Positions 22,345-32,375 of a stretch of 64,000 bases of DNA are shown piece by piece; position 1 is the first letter of the stretch; each line of letters starts with the position of its first letter. Both the position numbers and the translations under genes were made by a program. The notes under the pieces are model-generated. The model ran no database searches and had not been told where the DNA came from. It saw only the letters and a list, made by a program, of their open reading frames with translations. Source of the stretch: an uncultured Rickettsiales bacterium (lineage in GTDB: Bacteria > Pseudomonadota > Alphaproteobacteria > RF32 > CAG-239). The stretch lies in NCBI GenBank assembly GCA_900551865.1, contig URXV01000001.1, positions 94,743 to 158,742 on the forward strand. Reading direction: 5' to 3'.

Positions 22345-22689
22345 TCAGTTTTTGCGCATTTCTGCGACAGAATTCCACATCTTTTCCAGATTATAGAATT
22401 CGCGAACTTCCGGGCAGAAGATGTGTATAATGACGTCGAAAGCGTCTATCAGTACCCAGTTGGCTTTTTCTTCGCCTTCGGAAGAGGCCTTGAAACCACG
22501 CTGTTTCAGTTCATATTTCAGCTTGTCGGCCAGAGAGGCGACGTGGCGGTTTGACGTTCCGCTGGCGATGACCATATAATTGGCGATGGACGTTTTGCCT
22601 TTGAGGTCAATCGTTACGATGTCTTCGGCTTTGTTATCGTCCAGGACTTTTGTAACCAGTTCAAGCAATGTTGTATCGTTGGCGTTCAT
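22345..22689 (-). CDS. rsfS: Ribosomal silencing factor RsfS (Iojap)
   Basis: 114 aa with conserved motif DIVTIDLKGKTSIANYMVIASGTS. Confidence 0.9.
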   Translation of the reverse strand: MNANDTTLLELVTKVLDDNKAEDIVTIDLKGKTSIANYMVIASGTSNRHVASLADKLKYELKQRGFKASSEGEEKANWVLIDAFDVIIHIFCPEVREFYNLEKMWNSVAEMRKN

Positions 22690-22705
22690 TCTATGCTCCT
22701 TAAAA

Positions 22706-23794
<1,089 letters not shown>

Positions 23795-23913
23795 TTATGC
23801 CTGCCTGTTATTTGGTATTTTCCGGAAAACTGCCGAGAATTGTATGTATCCTGCTTTTTTGAAAAATAAAGGGGATGATTGCCACCCCCGTTATTCTTTT
23901 TATGTTCGTTTAA

Positions 23914-24171
23914 TTATTCGGCCGGGACTACAGAAACATAGGTTCTGTCATTGGCTTTGGTCTTAAACTCAACTTTGCCTTCGGCAGTTGCAAAAATGGT
24001 ATGATCCTTACCCATGCCAACATTCTCGCCCGGGTGGAATTTTGTTCCGCGCTGACGGATAATAATGTTGCCGGAGATTACGGATTCACCGCCGAATTTT
24101 TTTACACCCAGACGACGTCCGATAGAATCGCGTCCGTTTGCCGAGCTACCGCCTGATTTCTTATGTGCCAT
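23914..24171 (-). CDS. rpmA: 50S ribosomal protein L27
   Basis: [16 protein letters not shown]... is canonical L27. Confidence 0.95.
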   Translation of the reverse strand: MAHKKSGGSSANGRDSIGRRLGVKKFGGESVISGNIIIRQRGTKFHPGENVGMGKDHTIFATAEGKVEFKTKANDRTYVSVVPAE

Positions 24172-24192
24172 TTTTAAATCTCCTAGTTATTC

Positions 24193-24492
24193 TTATTTAC
24201 ACAAATCGGTAATTTTGACGATTGTGATGTTCTGTCTGTGTCCGTTCTTACGACGATAGTTCTGTCTTCTTTTCTTTTTGAAAACGATAACTTTAGCGTC
24301 TTTGGCCTGTTTGACAATCGTTCCTTTTACGCTGGCACCGGCTACCAACGGCGTACCGACGGTGTCGTCCATTGCCAGCACTTCATTAAAAACTACTTCG
24401 CTTCCGGCTTCGCCAGCAATCTTTTCAATCTTGATAACGTCATTGGACGCTACTTTATATTGCTTGCCGCCTGTTTTAATTACTGCATACAT
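24193..24492 (-). CDS. rplU: 50S ribosomal protein L21
   Basis: MYAVIKTGGKQYKV... is canonical L21. Confidence 0.95.
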   Translation of the reverse strand: MYAVIKTGGKQYKVASNDVIKIEKIAGEAGSEVVFNEVLAMDDTVGTPLVAGASVKGTIVKQAKDAKVIVFKKKRRQNYRRKNGHRQNITIVKITDLCK

Positions 24493-24590
24493 TTTAAATC
24501 ACCTGTTTTTTATTGAATTTAAACATAACTTTTTTGTGCACTATACATAACTTTTTAAAGGTGTCAATAAGAATCTGCGGTAAATTTAAA

Positions 24591-25220
24591 TTAATTTGCG
24601 GAACTTTGCTTTTTCTGCTGGTATTTTAACAGGCGGAACAGGCGCGGGTGCATAAAGATACCGTTCCAGATGCCGGTTCGGCTGCGGCGGGCTTGAGCTT
24701 CTTCGGCGGCATAGGCGCTTTCCAGATAAACGACGGCGTTGCCCGAGCGAATCATTTCGGCGTTCAGGTCGGTGTTTCCGACATAACAGGTGCAGAGGTC
24801 GCGCTTGTATTTGTCCTGTTTGTGTATCCGGCAGGTTACGATTTTACCTTCGGTCAGCGTTTTAAGATAATCGGCGGCAAGCTTCCCGCAGGGGTAAAGC
24901 GTTCCGTCGCCTCTTTTGCAGAATTGGTCGTATTCCGGGGCGTCAATCCCCATAAGGCGGATACGACGGGAGCCGATTTCAAGGCTGTCGCCGTCTACGG
25001 CAATTGCCGGCGCGGCGGGTGAGGAAATAATTTTCCCGTTTTCTTCGGCAGGAGACGGAGCGTGTTCGGAAACGCCCGCCGGAGCGGTTTTTCGGTGCGA
25101 AGAGGCGGCGTATGCTTCCGATACCGGCAGGACGGAAACGATATACAACAGGGCGAGTGCGGCAAACAGGCCTGACGACCGCAGACAAGATGTGCATATT
25201 TTTGACAATTTTCTTTCCAT
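24591..25220 (-). CDS. Thermonuclease (SNase) family secreted nuclease
   Basis: Signal/TM segment, then VDGDSLEI...IRLMGIDAPE, the SNase active-site region. Confidence 0.8.
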   Translation of the reverse strand: MERKLSKICTSCLRSSGLFAALALLYIVSVLPVSEAYAASSHRKTAPAGVSEHAPSPAEENGKIISSPAAPAIAVDGDSLEIGSRRIRLMGIDAPEYDQFCKRGDGTLYPCGKLAADYLKTLTEGKIVTCRIHKQDKYKRDLCTCYVGNTDLNAEMIRSGNAVVYLESAYAAEEAQARRSRTGIWNGIFMHPRLFRLLKYQQKKQSSAN

Positions 25221-25287
25221 TGCCGGACTTTCAATATAAATTTTCCTTAAACAGCATATACTTAAATTTGTTTAAAGGTTAGTTAGC

Positions 25288-26586
25288 GTGCGGAAGAAAA
25301 TATTTTTGAAGCTGTGTCTGGCGGCGGGGACGATAGGCCTTGCCTCCTGTTCCAATACGTCGTCGTGGTGGAACGGCGGCGAATATGAATATACGACGGA
25401 GGTCAACGACAGTATGTTTGACGGGCAGTATATGTCTGCTGCCGACGCCCAGTTTCTGGCCGACAATCCCCGCGAGGCCGCGCGCGTTTACAATAAACGC
25501 GTGCCGCCGCTCAATTCGCTGGTCGTCTGCCGCGCCAAGCAGTGCGCTCCGGCAGATTTGTCCATGTCCCGCGAATATATCTTTAACGCTTTGGCGCATA
25601 TCGTTGACAACAATCTTGACGCGACGGCTTTGCTGTGCGAGGCCAATCCGCAGGCACACGTTTGTACGAATCCGTATCTGACGGTGCCGGCGAAAGTCGG
25701 AGTAACGCCGGCGTATGTCTTTTTTGACGGGGTGAAGATTGTTGATGCGTCGGTGGTTAAGGGCAAGACGGCGCTTAATCTGGCGCTGGGGTATAATTTG
25801 AGCTACAACGGGCAGACGCCGACGGTTTGCAAGCCGGATACGGCGATGATGTACGTTAAGAGCAATAACGATGTTGTTTTGAACGGCAATGGGTTTAAAT
25901 GCGAGATGACCAGCGTCGGAACGACAACTATCCGGGTTATGTTTGATATTGACTATATTGATTTGGACTACGGGTATATCGGCGGGTATTATTCGATTGG
26001 GTTGTCGGGTCCGGCAAATGGCGGTGGGTCGGGGTACGGGCTTATCCGGCTGCCCAAAGACGCGCATCCGCTGAATCCGGAACTGACGAATAAAGGCGAA
26101 ACGGAGAATGCCGGGACGCCGAAGCCGGTTATTAAGCCGCAGATTGATGCCGAAGCTTTGAAAGTCCGGGCGGAGGAAAAAACGAATGCGGCGGCAGAAG
26201 ACGCTTTAGATGGCGGGCAGGGCACGGACCGAGAAGCTGTTGCATCCGGTATGGCAAAAGAACGAAACGGTGAGGAGGCGTCTGCTCCGCGTGAAAAGGT
26301 GTCTGCTCCACGTGAAAAGCTGAAGCTTCCGGATGAGGCTGTTGCGGACAGTGAAAGGGTTGTTGCAAGATCAGCGGAAAAAACATTTGAAAATTCCAGC
26401 GTCAGGCAGAATGCCAATGCGGCTCAGCCGATACGTATTACTCCGGATACGATTGTAAAGTCGGACAGGGTTATTTTGAAACCCGAGGAACCTCAGGAAC
26501 TGCGTCCGTATGAGGTAAACAGCGAGGAATATGAGCCGAAATTTGAAGAGATTTATGTTGATGATTTGGACGAGTATATCAAATAA
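25288..26586 (+). CDS. Hypothetical lipoprotein
   Basis: GTG start with lipobox LASC. The C-terminal half is acidic and low complexity and carries a 19-nt tandem duplication (SAPREK x2). Confidence 0.55.
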   Translation: MRKKIFLKLCLAAGTIGLASCSNTSSWWNGGEYEYTTEVNDSMFDGQYMSAADAQFLADNPREAARVYNKRVPPLNSLVVCRAKQCAPADLSMSREYIFNALAHIVDNNLDATALLCEANPQAHVCTNPYLTVPAKVGVTPAYVFFDGVKIVDASVVKGKTALNLALGYNLSYNGQTPTVCKPDTAMMYVKSNNDVVLNGNGFKCEMTSVGTTTIRVMFDIDYIDLDYGYIGGYYSIGLSGPANGGGSGYGLIRLPKDAHPLNPELTNKGETENAGTPKPVIKPQIDAEALKVRAEEKTNAAAEDALDGGQGTDREAVASGMAKERNGEEASAPREKVSAPREKLKLPDEAVADSERVVARSAEKTFENSSVRQNANAAQPIRITPDTIVKSDRVILKPEEPQELRPYEVNSEEYEPKFEEIYVDDLDEYIK

Positions 26587-26686
26587 ATTTTAAGGATTGT
26601 GTTTTATCGTGAAAAAGCTTCAAATACGGGTTTGGAGCTTTTTTGCGGGTTAAAGGAAAGTATGACAGACTAGGCAAGAGGTAATA

Positions 26687-27343
26687 ATGAATAAGAAATT
26701 TGTGATTTCACTTATCGGGGCACCGGCATCGGGCAAAGGGTACATTGCAGCATCGCTGATTAAAAGGCTGAAGAATGACTATGGTTTTGAGGAAAGCGAT
26801 ATTGCCGCGATATCTGTGGGCGCTATGATACGGCAGGAATTGAAAGATAAGACTCCGCTGGGCGAGAGGCTGGCGGCCAGTATGAAAGAGGGCGGGCTGG
26901 CTCCCGACAGCATTGTCAATGAGATGTTAAGCGAAACGCTGGAAAACATAAAAGCGAAGATTTTGATTTTGGACGGGTATCCGCGGACGGTCGGGCAGGT
27001 AAAAGAGTTTGACAAGCTGGTGGCAAAATACAACAGCGCGGTTATTTTCCGCGATACGCCAGTTGATTTGATTCTTGAACGGGTGAAAAACCGGAGGATT
27101 TGCGAGAAATGCGGTATGGCTCACGACATCGGCGACGGCGCCTGCCCGTGCGGCGGACGGCTGGTTAAGCGCAAGGACGACGAAGTGCTGCCGGAACGTC
27201 TGGCCGAGTATGAGGAAATGACCAAGCCGGCGGTTATTGAACTTAAAAACGAGGGAAACAATTTCTTCTGGTATGAAGGAACTGCCGAGGGAGAAGATAT
27301 CGCCAGAGAATTTCTGGAAGCGAATGAGAGATATCTGCGATAA
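26687..27343 (+). CDS. adk: Adenylate kinase with zinc-binding lid
   Basis: P-loop LIGAPASGKG, LILDGYPRT, and lid CEKCG...CPCGGRLVKRKDD. It stands alone, not in the ribosomal cluster. Confidence 0.85.
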   Translation: MNKKFVISLIGAPASGKGYIAASLIKRLKNDYGFEESDIAAISVGAMIRQELKDKTPLGERLAASMKEGGLAPDSIVNEMLSETLENIKAKILILDGYPRTVGQVKEFDKLVAKYNSAVIFRDTPVDLILERVKNRRICEKCGMAHDIGDGACPCGGRLVKRKDDEVLPERLAEYEEMTKPAVIELKNEGNNFFWYEGTAEGEDIAREFLEANERYLR

Positions 27344-27421
27344 TTTTTACCGAGGAATACGGGGAAGTGCGAAACGCTGTAATGTCGGTTTTAAGCAGGA
27401 GAAAAACGGAAAGGATATGTT

Positions 27422-28123
27422 ATGAAATTTTTATTTTATAGCGATGAAAATGAGGAAGCGGCAGTTTTGTCGGAAATGCTTTCAGGGTGGAGCGGCGTTT
27501 CTGTTGAGTCCAGGGCAAAACAGTACGGCATTCCTGCTGACGTGGCAGCTTTATGTGGATGCCAAAAAGAGGTTCCGTTGCGGTTGAGAGATTTTTTGCA
27601 TGAAAAATATGTCTTGTATGCGGCGGAACTGAAGCAGTCATTGATGTTTCATACGGCATTTTGGGATAATGAAGGCCGCGGTTATGTTGAGGCGGCGGAA
27701 AAAATTATGCAGGTTCGTTTTCCTGATTATAAAGTCCGACTGTCGGTTCAGCTGGGCGGCATATCGGATTGGAAAGGTACTCGTATTGCCGCCAATGCGT
27801 TTTGTTATCTCTATGCCAATAAATCAGAACATATCAGAATTGTTTTATGGGAAACGATTTTATCGCAGACTTTTCAGATTATCCGGAGCAGGTATCCGGC
27901 GGAGATTATTTGCGATGAGGCGGTATGGGGAATTTCCGAGCTGACGGCGTTGCTTATTCTCGGCGAAATTCTTGGGCTGAATGTTGATGCAGGGTTTGGC
28001 GATTATGTACAACTCAATCCGTATATTCCGGCTTTTAAGGATTTTTATCAAAAGCGAAGGGATTTTAACGATTATATTGACAAGACGGTTCAGCATATGC
28101 GGCAGAATCCTTTATCCCTCTGA
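27422..28123 (+). CDS. Hypothetical protein
   Basis: 233 aa with no recognisable motif. Confidence 0.4.
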   Translation: MKFLFYSDENEEAAVLSEMLSGWSGVSVESRAKQYGIPADVAALCGCQKEVPLRLRDFLHEKYVLYAAELKQSLMFHTAFWDNEGRGYVEAAEKIMQVRFPDYKVRLSVQLGGISDWKGTRIAANAFCYLYANKSEHIRIVLWETILSQTFQIIRSRYPAEIICDEAVWGISELTALLILGEILGLNVDAGFGDYVQLNPYIPAFKDFYQKRRDFNDYIDKTVQHMRQNPLSL

Positions 28124-28188
28124 ATAAAAGGCTTTGCCGGTAGGCTTAAAAAGGCTTTTATCGGCAGGCTTATCGTATAGAACTGCAG

Positions 28189-28218
28189 AAAAAAGCCCGG
28201 GAAATTCCCGGGCTTTTT
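28189..28218. terminator. Bidirectional terminator (pnp and convergent gene)
   Basis: AAAAAA-GCCCGGGAA-ATT-CCCGGGC-TTTTT perfect palindrome. Confidence 0.7.
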
Positions 28219-28234
28219 GTAAGCGCTTTGTGGA

Positions 28235-30349
28235 TTAAGCGTCTTCACCAGTTTCCTGATTGACGCGTTTGGCGGACAGGCGGATTTTGCCGCGGTTGTC
28301 CGTTCCCAGACATTTAACCCAAATCTGGTCGCCTTCTTTGTAGAAGTCGCAAACCGAGGCGATACGCTCGTTTTTGATTTCCGAGATGTGTACCAAGCCT
28401 TCGGTAGACCCCAGGAAGCGGACAAATGCCCCGAAATCCATAATTTTGGTAATGGTTCCGTGGTAGTTTTTGCCTTCTTCGGGGACGGCGACGATGCCGT
28501 TGATGATTTCAATGGCGGCGTCTGCGTCTTTCTTGTCAACAGCGGCAACATTTACCGTTCCGTCATCGTCAATGTCAATTTTGGTATTGGTCTTTTCAAT
28601 GATTTCACGGATAACCTTGCCGCCAGTGCCGATGACTTCGCGAATCTTGTCTACCGGGATTTTGATAGAAATGATACGCGGTGCACGCGGAGAAATCTCT
28701 TCACGCGGTGCAGGCAGGGCTTTGGCCATTTCGCCTAAAATGTGAATACGGCCTTCATGTGCCTGCGACAGGGCGTTTTTCATAATCTCCTTGGTAATGG
28801 AGGTGATTTTAATATCCATCTGCAAAGCGGTAACGCCGTCTTTGGTTCCGGCTACCTTGAAGTCCATATCGCCGAGGTGGTCTTCATCGCCCAGAATGTC
28901 GGTCAGGATGGCGACCCTGCCGTCGTCTTCCTTAATCAGTCCCATGGCAATACCGGCAACCGGCTTTTTGAGCGGAACGCCGGCGTCCATCAAGGAAAGA
29001 ACCGAACCGCAGACTGTGGCCATAGATGATGAACCGTTGGATTCCATAATGTCGGATACGACACGTACAGTGTATGGAAATTCGCTTTTTTCTTTCGGCA
29101 TCATCGGGTGAATGGCGCGCCATGCCAGTTTGCCGTGTCCGATTTCACGACGCCCCGGAGAACCGAGCCTGCCGCACTCGCCGACGGAAAACGGCGGGAA
29201 GTTGTAGTTTAACATAAATTCCTGACGTTCTTCATCCATCAGTCCGTCAATAATTTGAGAGTCTTCTGCCGTACCGAGCGTGGTGGCGACAAGCGCCTGC
29301 GTTTCGCCGCGGGTAAACAAAGCGGAACCATGTGTTGTCGGCAAGAGACCGACTTCGCAGGTAATCGGGCGGACGGTTTTGGTGTCGCGGCCGTCAATAC
29401 GTCTGCCGGTTGACAACACCTTTTCGCGCATAACCGAATGCATTAGCTTTTCAATCGCATCCAGAGCATAACGGACTTCCAGTTCGTTTTCCTGATCAAT
29501 TGTTGCGTTTACTTCAGCACTCAGTTCTCCGAGACGGGTAGAGCGCTTCTGCTTGTCAACCTCGTTGAAAGCCTCTTCATATTTGGAGCGGAAGCCTTTT
29601 TCAATCCGGCTGTAGAGTTCATCAAATTCCGGCGGGAATACCGGTGCTTCCCAGGGTTCTTTGCCTGCTTCGGCCTTTAGTTCGTTGATTAAGTCAATGA
29701 CCCCCTGGAAATTTTCAAAACCGAACATAACAGCGTTCAACATCGTTTCTTCCGAAAGTTCGTTGGCTTCGGATTCAACCATCAGGACGCCCTCTTTGGT
29801 TCCGGCTACGGTTAATTCCAACTCGGAATTTTTCAACTCTTCAACTGTCGGGTTTAAAACATACTGCCCGTTGATGTAGCCAACTTTGGCGGCACCAATC
29901 GGCCCCAGGAACGGAATACCGGAAACGGCGAGCGCGGCTGAGGCCGCAACCATTGCCAGAATGTCCGAATCCGTCTTTTTGTCGTGGGCGACGGTCGTGC
30001 AGATGATCTGAACTTCGTTTTTGAACGCATCAGGAAACAGCGGGCGAATCGGCCTGTCAATCAGGCGGGACACCAGAACTTCGTGTTCCGAGGGTTTGCC
30101 CTCGCGTTTCATAAAGCCGCCGGGGATTTTGCCGGTAGCATAATATTTTTCCTGATAGTTAACAGTTAAAGGGAAAAAATCCTGGTCAGCTTTTGCTTCT
30201 TTTGCAGCGACAACCGTGGCAACAACTACCGTATCTCCATAACTTGCATAAACGGCACCGGTTGCCTGTTTTGCGATTTTACCTGTTTCTAAAACTAATT
30301 TGCGGCCGCCCCATTCCATTTCTTTGCGGCACACATTCCAATTGACCAT
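28235..30349 (-). CDS. pnp: Polynucleotide phosphorylase
   Basis: Two RNase PH domains, KH and S1 domains. The start MVNWNV... aligns with PNPase N-termini, so the start is at 30349 rather than the longer ORF. Confidence 0.95.
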   Translation of the reverse strand: MVNWNVCRKEMEWGGRKLVLETGKIAKQATGAVYASYGDTVVVATVVAAKEAKADQDFFPLTVNYQEKYYATGKIPGGFMKREGKPSEHEVLVSRLIDRPIRPLFPDAFKNEVQIICTTVAHDKKTDSDILAMVAASAALAVSGIPFLGPIGAAKVGYINGQYVLNPTVEELKNSELELTVAGTKEGVLMVESEANELSEETMLNAVMFGFENFQGVIDLINELKAEAGKEPWEAPVFPPEFDELYSRIEKGFRSKYEEAFNEVDKQKRSTRLGELSAEVNATIDQENELEVRYALDAIEKLMHSVMREKVLSTGRRIDGRDTKTVRPITCEVGLLPTTHGSALFTRGETQALVATTLGTAEDSQIIDGLMDEERQEFMLNYNFPPFSVGECGRLGSPGRREIGHGKLAWRAIHPMMPKEKSEFPYTVRVVSDIMESNGSSSMATVCGSVLSLMDAGVPLKKPVAGIAMGLIKEDDGRVAILTDILGDEDHLGDMDFKVAGTKDGVTALQMDIKITSITKEIMKNALSQAHEGRIHILGEMAKALPAPREEISPRAPRIISIKIPVDKIREVIGTGGKVIREIIEKTNTKIDIDDDGTVNVAAVDKKDADAAIEIINGIVAVPEEGKNYHGTITKIMDFGAFVRFLGSTEGLVHISEIKNERIASVCDFYKEGDQIWVKCLGTDNRGKIRLSAKRVNQETGEDA

Positions 30350-30444
30350 ATTTTTTACCTTTCCTATAAAATACCTCACCCGGCAGAATACCGGGATTTT
30401 TGCAAATAGCGGAGCCCCATTGCCCCGCTATTTGTTCTCAAACA

Positions 30445-30714
30445 TTACTTACGCAAGTCTAACTTCTTAATCAATGTCTGATATCTTTCTTCGCTGGTTG
30501 CCCGCAAGTGGTCGAGCAAGTGGCGGCGACGGCTTACCATCTTCATCAGACCCAGACGGGAGTGCAGGTCTTTTTTGTGGGTGTTAAAGTGCTCAATCAA
30601 AGAGTTGATGCGGTAGGTCCAGATTGCAATCTGAACTTCCGGAGAACCCGTATCACCCGGTTTGGTGCCGTATTGTGCAATAATTTCCTGTTTTTTTTCA
30701 TTTGTAATCGACAT
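30445..30714 (-). CDS. rpsO: 30S ribosomal protein S15
   Basis: 89 aa canonical S15, upstream of pnp. Confidence 0.95.
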   Translation of the reverse strand: MSITNEKKQEIIAQYGTKPGDTGSPEVQIAIWTYRINSLIEHFNTHKKDLHSRLGLMKMVSRRRHLLDHLRATSEERYQTLIKKLDLRK

Positions 30715-30738
30715 CTGTTTTTCCTTATTACATAGTGT

Positions 30739-31641
30739 TTAAAGATTAAAAACCCGAATCGGAGAAATTATGTTTTCTTTATTTTCGATAAGGGCGATAA
30801 GCTTATTTTTCAAACAGGCTGCCGCGATACCGGCGAAGGGGGTAACCCCTTGTGCAGGAAGGGTTTGCCCGTTTTTAAGCTTAAGAGCATCCTCTGCCGT
30901 CAAAGCAATAACCGTGATGTCGCACAGAAATGTTTCAACAGGCAGGAGAGGAGAAACTCCGTCGTCCTTATATAACATATTTTTTAAATTATCCAGTAAA
31001 ATCGTATTCGAAAGGTCAAAAAATCCGTTTTTGGTGCGGCGGAGCGCGGTCAGGTGGCCGCAAGTGCCCAAAGATTCGGCAATGTCATGGCCGAGCGTGC
31101 GGACGTAGGTGCCTTTGGAGCAGGTTACGGAGAAACGGGATTCCGCCGTATCGGGGCTGTGTGAGAGGAGCTTTAGTTCCTTTATGGTTACCTGGCGCGC
31201 GGGAATGTCAAAATTTTCTCCACTGCGGGCGAGTTCGTAGGCTCTTTTGCCGTTGATATGGATGGCGGAAAACTTGGGCGGAATTTGGGTGATTGTTCCG
31301 GTGAAACGGGGAATTATGCCGTTGACAGCTTCGGCGTCGGGCAGGTGTGAGGAAACGGCGCAGACTTCGCCTTCGGTGTCGTCTGTGGTTGTGCCCGTGC
31401 CGAATTTCAGGGTAAATTCGTAAGTCTTTTCGCTTCCTTCCAGATATGGGATTAATTTGGTCGCTTCGCCGAAGGCCATGGGCAAGACACCGGTGGCGAA
31501 AGGATCCAGCGTTCCGATGTGTCCGGCTTTTTTTGCATGCAACATATATTGGATTTTGCGTAATGCCTGGTTGGAACTCATTCCCTGCGGCTTGTCCAAC
31601 ACAATCCAGCCGTTGACATTTTGATTATAGTGCGAACTCAT
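30739..31641 (-). CDS. truB: tRNA pseudouridine(55) synthase TruB
   Basis: Catalytic Asp motif GHIGTLDPFATGVL, in the truB-rpsO-pnp order. Confidence 0.9.
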   Translation of the reverse strand: MSSHYNQNVNGWIVLDKPQGMSSNQALRKIQYMLHAKKAGHIGTLDPFATGVLPMAFGEATKLIPYLEGSEKTYEFTLKFGTGTTTDDTEGEVCAVSSHLPDAEAVNGIIPRFTGTITQIPPKFSAIHINGKRAYELARSGENFDIPARQVTIKELKLLSHSPDTAESRFSVTCSKGTYVRTLGHDIAESLGTCGHLTALRRTKNGFFDLSNTILLDNLKNMLYKDDGVSPLLPVETFLCDITVIALTAEDALKLKNGQTLPAQGVTPFAGIAAACLKNKLIALIENKENIISPIRVFNL

Positions 31642-32375
31642 ATGAATAATTCCATTTGCTGGTTGCGGGTCAGGTTTTTCAGGGCTTCTCTAATAATCGG
31701 TACGGATACGGCGCGCCCGTTGGTCCATGAAATCTCATCGATTTCCGCAATCAGACGCGATACGAATTCAAAAGAGCGTTCGGTATGCTTTAAGATATAG
31801 TCAAGGATTTCCTGACCGATAATAATCTGACGGTCGTTGAACAGCTTGGCTATCAACGCGGTCAGCATTTCGTCATCGGGCTGCATAATTTCGACGCAGG
31901 GAACGATGTTCAGGCGCGATTTCAAATCCGGCAGGCGGAGCGGCAGTTTGGCCAATGGCTGTTCGGCGGTGAACAGGACGTATTTTCCGGGGACATTATA
32001 AAAATTATAAAGGTGAAAGAAAGCTTCTTCGTTAATTTCGGCGTCCATATCTTCAATAACCAAAAAATCATTTTCATGGGCGAGTTTGTTAACGTTTTTC
32101 ATATTGACGCGGTGGGCGGGAAGTATCGGAACAGGTATCGGGCGGGGCAGGCTTTTTTGTATCCGGTCGACCCAGATATGTGCCAGATGGGATTTGCCGC
32201 AGCTCCGGGGGCCATAAACACATAGGGAAAAGTGCTGCCAGTACGGCCAAATTTTGACGGCGCGGTAGGCTGTTTCATTGCAGGCGGCCACCATAAAATC
32301 TTCTTCGCCGAGATAATTTCGGGGAGAAAACTTGAGCATATACTGTCCGGTTTTATGGTTGAAGCGGTTGTCCAT
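31638..32375 (-). CDS. hdaA: DnaA-related regulatory inactivator (HdaA-like AAA+ protein)
   Basis: Short AAA+ protein with Walker A GPRSCGKSHLAHIW and Walker B LVIEDMD, about 240 aa as in HdaA. Confidence 0.65.
   Translation of the reverse strand: MDNRFNHKTGQYMLKFSPRNYLGEEDFMVAACNETAYRAVKIWPYWQHFSLCVYGPRSCGKSHLAHIWVDRIQKSLPRPIPVPILPAHRVNMKNVNKLAHENDFLVIEDMDAEINEEAFFHLYNFYNVPGKYVLFTAEQPLAKLPLRLPDLKSRLNIVPCVEIMQPDDEMLTALIAKLFNDRQIIIGQEILDYILKHTERSFEFVSRLIAEIDEISWTNGRAVSVPIIREALKNLTRNQQMELFI

Noticed and set aside
27237-27425. 62-aa ORF overlapping the 3' end of adk
   Set aside because: It is out of frame within adk, with no RBS.
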